30,368 bases of DNA from Acidobacteriaceae bacterium (GTDB taxonomy: Bacteria > Acidobacteriota > Terriglobia > Terriglobales > Acidobacteriaceae), in assembly GCA_027307295.1 (NCBI GenBank), contig DAHUXF010000001.1, positions 1-30,368 of the forward strand, in the 5' to 3' direction. Each line of letters opens with the position of its first letter. Positions within the stretch are counted from its first letter, which is position 1. The translations under genes and the position numbers were made by a program. The notes under the pieces are model-generated. The model did not search any database, was not told the DNA's origin, and saw only the letters and a list, made by a program, of their open reading frames with translations. Below, one piece after another: positions 24,604 through 30,368 of this stretch.

Positions 24604-25978
24604 AAGATTCTGTTTTATTTACTAAAGAATTATCTACCTTCACGCCTGTGCCGTTGCGGATCGTTTTCAATACCTTGTAACTGCCGGTAATGATCTCGTC
24701 GCCCGGCTGCAGGCCGCTCTTGATCTGGATTTCAGTGGTTCCGGTAAGGCCTGTTTCCACCGGATGGAACTCCGCTTTTTTGTTTTTGATAACAAAGACG
24801 CCCTGCACGTCAGTATTTTCCTTCTTGGCCGCGGCGGCTACAGGCGCGGACTTATCCACGGGTTTGCCTTTCGCGGCCTGGGCCTCAAGGTCTTTCTTGT
24901 CACGCATGGTGAGCGCCTGGATGGGTATCGCCACCGCATCATGCTCCACGCCGGTAGTGATCTTGGCTGTAGCGGAAAGTCCCGGACGCAGGTTGGCGGG
25001 AGGATCAATCAAGGTAATGACCACTTTGAAATCTTTTGCTTCCTGGCTGCCGCTGGTGCTCTGCGAGGTAGAAACGCCGGTAGAGCGGATAATCGCGTTA
25101 TCGCCAATCTCACTCACTTTGCCTTTGAAGGTCTGGTTGGGAATGGCATCAATGGTGACCTCCGCCGGCTGGTCAATCTTGACGTTGACAATGTCCGTTT
25201 CATCCACCTGCACTTCCGCGGTGATTACGGACATATTGGCGACCGTCATCAGCGTGCTGCCGGGTGAATTCTGGATTCCCATCACCACCGTTTCGCCTTC
25301 ATGCACAGGCAGGTTGGTGACGGTGCCGTCAAAAGGCGCGCTATAAGTGGTCTTGCTCAGAATGTCATTCACGCGAGTGAGCTGGGCGCGCGCCTGCCCT
25401 ACGCGGCTCTGGGCAGAATCCACCTGCGCTTTGCTCTGCGCGACGCGGGCGATGTCCTGGGCATGAACGGCATCCGCCACTTCATAGGCAGCCTTTTTGG
25501 TATCAAAGTCGGCTTTGGAAATGAGCTGGTCCTTGAACAGGCCTTGCGCACGCTCATATTCCAGCCGGGTGCGGGCCAAATCAGCCGTGCTGCTTTTAAG
25601 CTGGGCCAGCGCGGTGTTGTAGGCAGCTTCCGCAGCCAATGCGTCCGTCTGTGCGCTGGCAACTGCGGAGCGGTTCATTTCCACGTCTGCTGCTGACTGA
25701 ACATTTTCCAGCTGCGCCAGCACCTGGCCTTTTTTCACCTGTTCGCCTTCTTTCACAAATAGGTGAACGATCCGGCCCATGGCATTTGCGCCCACATTCA
25801 CAATTGTTTTCGGCTTGATCTGGCCGGATGCGGTGACTTGGGAAGAAATATCCTGCTTTACCACCTTCCCGCTCTGAACGGTTATTACGTTCTTCTGGCT
25901 TTGGTTGACGGTGAACCCGACAATCGCGCCCAGGAGCACAATAATTCCCAGGATGAGGGCAATCTTTTTTGCATTCAT
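24602..25978 (-). CDS. Efflux periplasmic adaptor subunit (MacA-like membrane fusion protein)
   Basis: N-terminal TM, VTASGQIKP, GRIVHLFVKEGEQVKKGQVLA, helical hairpin, APFDGTVT, VDETDI, LRPGLSA, GLQPGDEII. Confidence 0.95.
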   Translation of the reverse strand: MNAKKIALILGIIVLLGAIVGFTVNQSQKNVITVQSGKVVKQDISSQVTASGQIKPKTIVNVGANAMGRIVHLFVKEGEQVKKGQVLAQLENVQSAADVEMNRSAVASAQTDALAAEAAYNTALAQLKSSTADLARTRLEYERAQGLFKDQLISKADFDTKKAAYEVADAVHAQDIARVAQSKAQVDSAQSRVGQARAQLTRVNDILSKTTYSAPFDGTVTNLPVHEGETVVMGIQNSPGSTLMTVANMSVITAEVQVDETDIVNVKIDQPAEVTIDAIPNQTFKGKVSEIGDNAIIRSTGVSTSQSTSGSQEAKDFKVVITLIDPPANLRPGLSATAKITTGVEHDAVAIPIQALTMRDKKDLEAQAAKGKPVDKSAPVAAAAKKENTDVQGVFVIKNKKAEFHPVETGLTGTTEIQIKSGLQPGDEIITGSYKVLKTIRNGTGVKVDNSLVNKTES

Positions 25979-26025
25979 GAATCAGCTAACCTTCCGCAGC
26001 ATTACAGGTGGTTGTACACACTCTA

Positions 26026-26053
26026 TATACGCCTCTGGTTGGGGGAAAGTTCC
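26026..26053 (-). promoter_or_regulatory. ECF (sigmaE-like) promoter candidate upstream of the adaptor gene
   Basis: GGAACTT-N16-GTATA (equivalently GGAAC-N17-CGTA) on the minus strand. Confidence 0.45.
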
Positions 26054-26250
26054 AGAATGGCAAGGTATACAACATGTGCTGTTTTTAGGATGACGGATCA
26101 ACGTAACCAAATATTAATCAATTATATCGGCAAGCGGTTTCAGGGTGCTACTGTATTTGCAGCCTTCCAGTGCAGGAGCAGAGACCATGGAAAGTGGTGC
26201 AAAATAAGCTTTTAACCCAGAATAAAAGCTTCAGGCCTGCCCTAATCTCC

Positions 26251-26280
26251 TTGCTTCTGTGGCCATGAACGGCATAAAAT
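26251..26280 (+). promoter_or_regulatory. Sigma70-type promoter candidate for the GWxTD operon
   Basis: TTGCTT-N18-TAAAAT, 34 nt upstream of the start codon. Confidence 0.4.
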
Positions 26281-26313
26281 TCAGATACCTGTACTCCTGA
26301 AGGAGGTACTCTG

Positions 26314-28047
26314 GTGATGTACCGTTATTCCCGTTTTTATTACTCTTTTCTTCTAGTTTTTTTTATGGGCTTAGGGTGTTTTGCAGCTCAGGCTCAGGAT
26401 TCCAATGCTTCGGGACAGGACCAGAAGTCCCCCGCAGCAACACCCTCTGGACAGTCCCAACCGGATACGCAGACTGATCCATTGAAGCGCGCGCGGCGTA
26501 AAGATGATAAAGCAGCGCAAATCGAAAAATTAGGTGGTGTCTACAAGAAGTGGCTGGATGAAGATGTCCGCTGGATCATCACTGACGAAGAGCTTTCTGC
26601 GTTCAAGAAGCTGACGACCAACGCAGAACGGGACGTATTCATCGAAGGATTTTGGCAACGGCGTGATCCTACGCCCGACACGGCGGAAAACGAATATAAG
26701 GAAGAGCACTACCGCCGCATTGCCTACGCCAATGAGCATTATGCCGCGGGCATGCCGGGCTGGAGAACGGACCGGGGAAGAATCTATATCATGTATGGCC
26801 CGCCAACTTCAATTGATTCCCACCCCATGGGCGGCCCCTATCAGCGTTCGGCGGAAGAAGGCGGAGGCCAGACCTCGACTTTCCCGTTTGAAGTATGGCG
26901 CTACCGTTACCTGGAAGGCATCGGGCAGGAAATTGAAATCGAATTTGTTGACGATTGCGGCTGCGGCGCCTATGAAATGACGCTGGACCGCTCCAAAAAA
27001 GACGCTCTTCTGCACGTGCCCAACGCTGGTCTTACCACCATGGAAGAAATGGGTATGGCCAACAAGGCTGACCGTTTCCGGGGCGGGCTGGAAAGCCTTG
27101 GTTCAGGACCGTTCAACCAGAACAACCAGACGAAACAGTTTGACCGGATGGAGACTTTTGCCAAGCTGAACCGCGCTCCGGACATCAAATTTAAAGACCT
27201 GCAGAACGAACTGGTCACGCACAAAATCCGCACGAACCTGCTGCCGTTTGACGTGCAGGTTGATTTCGTCAAGCTGACCTCAGACACGGTGCTGGTTCCC
27301 ATCACTCTCCAGGTCCCTTTGCGCGGCCTGACTTTCGCCAATAAAGACGGCGTACAACGCGCTGTGGTCAACGTCTATGGCCAGCTGACCAAGCTGTCCG
27401 GACAAATCGTGCAGACGTTTGAAGAGACGCTGCGCAAAGACATTCCCGCGGAGTTGCTGGAAAAAGAGCTCGACAACGTGTCCTTATATTGGAAGGCGCT
27501 GCCGATGCGGCCGGGCCTCTATCGCCTGGATGTGGTGATGAAAGACGTGAATGGCGACAAGACGGGCATCTTCAGCCGCAGCTATACCGTTCCGGACTAT
27601 GGCGATGAAAAGCTCTCCTCGTCCACGCTGATTCTTGCTGACCAGCTTGAACCAGTACCGGCGCGCGAGATTGGCACGGGTAACTTTGTGATTGGCACCA
27701 ACAAGGTCCGCCCCAAGGTGCAGCCTTCCAGCGGCCAGCCACGCAGCTTTACCCGCAAAGAAAAGGTCAATTTCTGGCTGCAGGTCTATAATCTGGTCCT
27801 CGACCAGAAAACCAACAAACCCTCCGCCACGGTGCAGTACCAGGTAGTAAATACCGCGACGAACAAATCCGTGTTAGACTTCACGGAATCAACGGCCCAA
27901 ATGGGGAATATTGGCGAGCAGGTGACCCTGGGCAAGAGCCTGCCACTGAGCCAACTGGAGCCGGGCACGTACCAGGTAACCATCAAGGTGAATGACCAGA
28001 TTTCCAAGCAGATGATTGCTCCCACGGCCAAGTTTGTTGTCCAGTAA
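26314..28047 (+). CDS. GWxTD-domain protein, secreted
   Basis: Signal peptide; FWQRRDPTPDT…RRIAYAN…GWRTDRGRIYIMYGPP; beta-rich C-terminal domains. AAGGAGG SD at 26300-26306. Confidence 0.92.
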   Translation: MMYRYSRFYYSFLLVFFMGLGCFAAQAQDSNASGQDQKSPAATPSGQSQPDTQTDPLKRARRKDDKAAQIEKLGGVYKKWLDEDVRWIITDEELSAFKKLTTNAERDVFIEGFWQRRDPTPDTAENEYKEEHYRRIAYANEHYAAGMPGWRTDRGRIYIMYGPPTSIDSHPMGGPYQRSAEEGGGQTSTFPFEVWRYRYLEGIGQEIEIEFVDDCGCGAYEMTLDRSKKDALLHVPNAGLTTMEEMGMANKADRFRGGLESLGSGPFNQNNQTKQFDRMETFAKLNRAPDIKFKDLQNELVTHKIRTNLLPFDVQVDFVKLTSDTVLVPITLQVPLRGLTFANKDGVQRAVVNVYGQLTKLSGQIVQTFEETLRKDIPAELLEKELDNVSLYWKALPMRPGLYRLDVVMKDVNGDKTGIFSRSYTVPDYGDEKLSSSTLILADQLEPVPAREIGTGNFVIGTNKVRPKVQPSSGQPRSFTRKEKVNFWLQVYNLVLDQKTNKPSATVQYQVVNTATNKSVLDFTESTAQMGNIGEQVTLGKSLPLSQLEPGTYQVTIKVNDQISKQMIAPTAKFVVQ

Positions 28048-28087
28048 GCCAGGGACAGGGGCTCCACTTTGAAGTAAGGGGGTCGAT

Positions 28088-29809
28088 ATGACCCGTAAAC
28101 TCGGATGTTTCTTGGTGGTCTTGCTTGCGTGGGCTCCGCTCCACGCCGCCAATGTCGGCGCGATTGCAGGATATGTCAAAGATGCTTCGGGTGCGCCTCA
28201 AATGGGCGCTGTGGTTGAGGTCTTTATCTCTGCCGCTAAAATAAGCGCCACGGTTTTCACTGATTCACGCGGTTACTATCAGGCCCTTAATCTTCCTCCG
28301 GGCCTCTATCAGGTGAAGGTAACGGCCTCCTCTTATCTGCCAGCCCTGCGGGACAACATTGACTTGCATTCCGGCGCACGGCTCCTTATCAACCTCACTG
28401 TAAACTCGCTGGCCAATGTGCTGCAGCTGGCTCCGGAGCGGCGCTCAGACCGCGATGATCCCGATGACTGGCATTGGGCTTTGCGTTCCGCCGCCAACCG
28501 TCCCATCCTGCGCGCTCTTGACCCCGGCAGGAGCAAAACCGACAGCAGCTCCCTGGATGCAGCTTCCCGCACCAACCCGGAACGGCGTGACGATCGCGGC
28601 GTAAAAGGTAGTGTGGCCTTTATCGCAGGTTCTGAAGCCGGCGGCTTTGGCAGTGCAGGCGACGTAACCACGGCCTTTGCGCTGGAAAAATCTCTCTTCA
28701 GCTCGGGCATGCTCTCTTTCAACGGCAACATCGGGGCATCCTCCGGAGATCCAACCGGGGTGCTGCGCGCTTCCTACGCACAGGATTTCGGCAACTCGTC
28801 CCGGCCCAGGTTTACCGTGACTTACCGGCATTTTGCGGTACCGGGAGTAGCAGTCCAGAACTCGCCTTATGCCGCCATTGAAATGAGCAGCTCTGACAGC
28901 ATGACCGTAGCCAACTTTATTGACCTGAGCTACGGCGCGGATCTGCAGTCCGTGGAGTTTGCGCATCGTGTCACGGTGCTGCGTCCACATGGCGCTGTTG
29001 GCGTGCACGTCTCACCGGACATGGTAGTTGAATACCGTTATGCCACTGCTGAACCAGATACCCGCGCGGCCAAAGGTTTTGATACTGCTCCGGCAGACCT
29101 GAGCGAGTCCGGTCCGCATATGGGATTGACCAGCGGCCAGCCGGAGGTTGAACGCGCATCGCACCATGAGCTGTCGGTTTCGCGCCGCATGGGCAATACC
29201 AGCTTGCAGGTTGCAGCCTTTATGGACCATGTCCGTAATGCCGTGCTGACCGGAGCGGGCGACCCTTCCAGCTTTTCAGATAATGTTTTGCCGGACGTTT
29301 ATTCCGGCACCTTCTCATATGCGTTTGCTCAGGGCGTAAGCAGCGCCGGCGGGCGCATTGTGGTGGAACAAAAAATATCTGAAGACCTCACAGCCACACT
29401 GGACTATTCCTCCGGCCAGGTGATCTCGGCGGAAGCCCCTACCACCTTGCAGGCCCTGGCGCGGGGACTCTCCACTTCGCGTCAGCATTCCATCGGCGCC
29501 AGGATGTATGGCCACATTCCTATGTCCGGGACGCGCTGGATTGCCTCCTATAAATGGACCAGCGGCAGTGCCCTTTCACCGGTGGATGCTTTCAACTCCT
29601 CACCCGGCCAGATGGACCCCTATCTCAGCCTCTTTATCCGCCAGCCCTTGCCGGGCACTTCCTTCATTCCAGGAAAAATGGATGCGTTGCGCGATCTTCG
29701 CAACCTGATGGCCCAGGGCTACATGCCTCTCATGAGCCAGGATGGACGGACCATGTACATGGTCCAGGCGGCGCGATCCCTGCGTGGCGGACTGGCATTC
29801 ACGTTCTGA
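28088..29809 (+). CDS. Predicted outer-membrane beta-barrel protein with an N-terminal carboxypeptidase-regulatory-like domain
   Basis: Signal peptide, IAGYVKDASGAPQMGAVV…GLYQVKV domain, amphipathic beta strands, and terminal GGLAFTF resembling a beta-signal. Confidence 0.75.
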   Translation: MTRKLGCFLVVLLAWAPLHAANVGAIAGYVKDASGAPQMGAVVEVFISAAKISATVFTDSRGYYQALNLPPGLYQVKVTASSYLPALRDNIDLHSGARLLINLTVNSLANVLQLAPERRSDRDDPDDWHWALRSAANRPILRALDPGRSKTDSSSLDAASRTNPERRDDRGVKGSVAFIAGSEAGGFGSAGDVTTAFALEKSLFSSGMLSFNGNIGASSGDPTGVLRASYAQDFGNSSRPRFTVTYRHFAVPGVAVQNSPYAAIEMSSSDSMTVANFIDLSYGADLQSVEFAHRVTVLRPHGAVGVHVSPDMVVEYRYATAEPDTRAAKGFDTAPADLSESGPHMGLTSGQPEVERASHHELSVSRRMGNTSLQVAAFMDHVRNAVLTGAGDPSSFSDNVLPDVYSGTFSYAFAQGVSSAGGRIVVEQKISEDLTATLDYSSGQVISAEAPTTLQALARGLSTSRQHSIGARMYGHIPMSGTRWIASYKWTSGSALSPVDAFNSSPGQMDPYLSLFIRQPLPGTSFIPGKMDALRDLRNLMAQGYMPLMSQDGRTMYMVQAARSLRGGLAFTF

Positions 29810-29824
29810 TCAAAATCTCTTCGC

Positions 29825-29977
29825 TGTAGATTTGCGCCGATGAATTGCAGATCAGGAAAGAATCGGCCCGCGAATCAACGCGAAAAAAAGTGCGAATCTA
29901 TAACGTTCAGCCAGAATTTTGTCTCGTAAAGCACATTCTTCACCGCCTCCGCGTCTCCTTGGTAGAAATTGTTTTAC
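29825..29977 (+). repeat. Composite intergenic repeat, copy 3
   Basis: TGCAGATCAGGAAAGAATCGGCCCGCGAATCAACGCGAAA…GCGAAT, plus a CTCCGCGTCTCCTTGGTAGAAATT module. Confidence 0.7.
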
Positions 29978-29995
29978 GCTTCACACGCAAGGGCC

Positions 29996-30325
29996 CTACC
30001 ACTTTTTGAAAATGAAGAACGCCGCCACCACGATGAAAAAAAATCCCACCGCGTAATTCCATTTGATCTCCTGCTTCAAATACCAGATGGAGAAAAATGA
30101 AAACACAATCAGGGTGATGATCTCCTGGATGGTCTTGAGTTGCGCGGCATTAAAGATGTGGCTTCCGTACCGGTTGGCGGGCACCTGAAAGCAGTATTCA
30201 AAAAAAGCAATGCCCCAGCTCACCAGCGTCACCTTCCACAGCGGCACGTTCTGGTACCTGAGATGTCCGTACCACGCAAAGGTCATAAAGATGTTGGAAC
30301 AAAGCAGCAGAACGATAGTCAGCAT
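29996..30325 (-). CDS. DMT superfamily small membrane protein (DUF486-like)
   Basis: SNIFMTFAWYGHL…SWGIAFFEYCFQVPANRYG…QLKTIQEIITL. Confidence 0.92.
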   Translation of the reverse strand: MLTIVLLLCSNIFMTFAWYGHLRYQNVPLWKVTLVSWGIAFFEYCFQVPANRYGSHIFNAAQLKTIQEIITLIVFSFFSIWYLKQEIKWNYAVGFFFIVVAAFFIFKKW

Positions 30326-30368
30326 GATGTCTTTTTATCCCATTCCCAGATCAGCGGAAGATTCAAGC

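Overview
A 30.4 kb chromosomal window most consistent with an Acidobacteriota (Terriglobia-like) genome. This assignment is an inference from the Oar-type TonB-dependent transporters, a GWxTD protein, hpnB and an insertion-bearing TrmD. The housekeeping core is the rpsP-khpA-rimM-trmD-rplS operon; the ORF track labels rpsP '+', but it is on the minus strand. Around it are envelope and accessory genes: a secreted TPR protein, hpnB, a PsiE-family protein, a secreted Phi-1/EXORDIUM-like protein with Ig-like repeats, two TonB-dependent transporters, a phospholipase C-family phosphoesterase, a MEDS-PAS sensor, DoxX, DUF2277, a MacA-like adaptor plus ABC ATPase with no permease, a GWxTD protein plus beta-barrel pair, and a DMT protein. 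I saw no CRISPR array, tRNA, rRNA or transposase. The best leads lie below the ORF-track cutoff or in intergenic DNA. (1) An unannotated 39-aa secreted peptide (mature part about GNSAPAGGIPIPPQSFNAQ) is coupled to an orphan 7-TM membrane protein, a candidate peptide-receptor signalling pair. (2) A promoter- and terminator-bounded RNA of about 190 nt carries extended complementarity to the 16S rRNA 3' end, a 15-aa ORF and a three-way junction. (3) Matching Pho-box-like promoters drive a divergent TonB transporter and phosphoesterase. (4) A composite intergenic repeat occurs three times. (5) An unannotated 49-aa basic protein. All family assignments come from motif recognition; no database searches were run.
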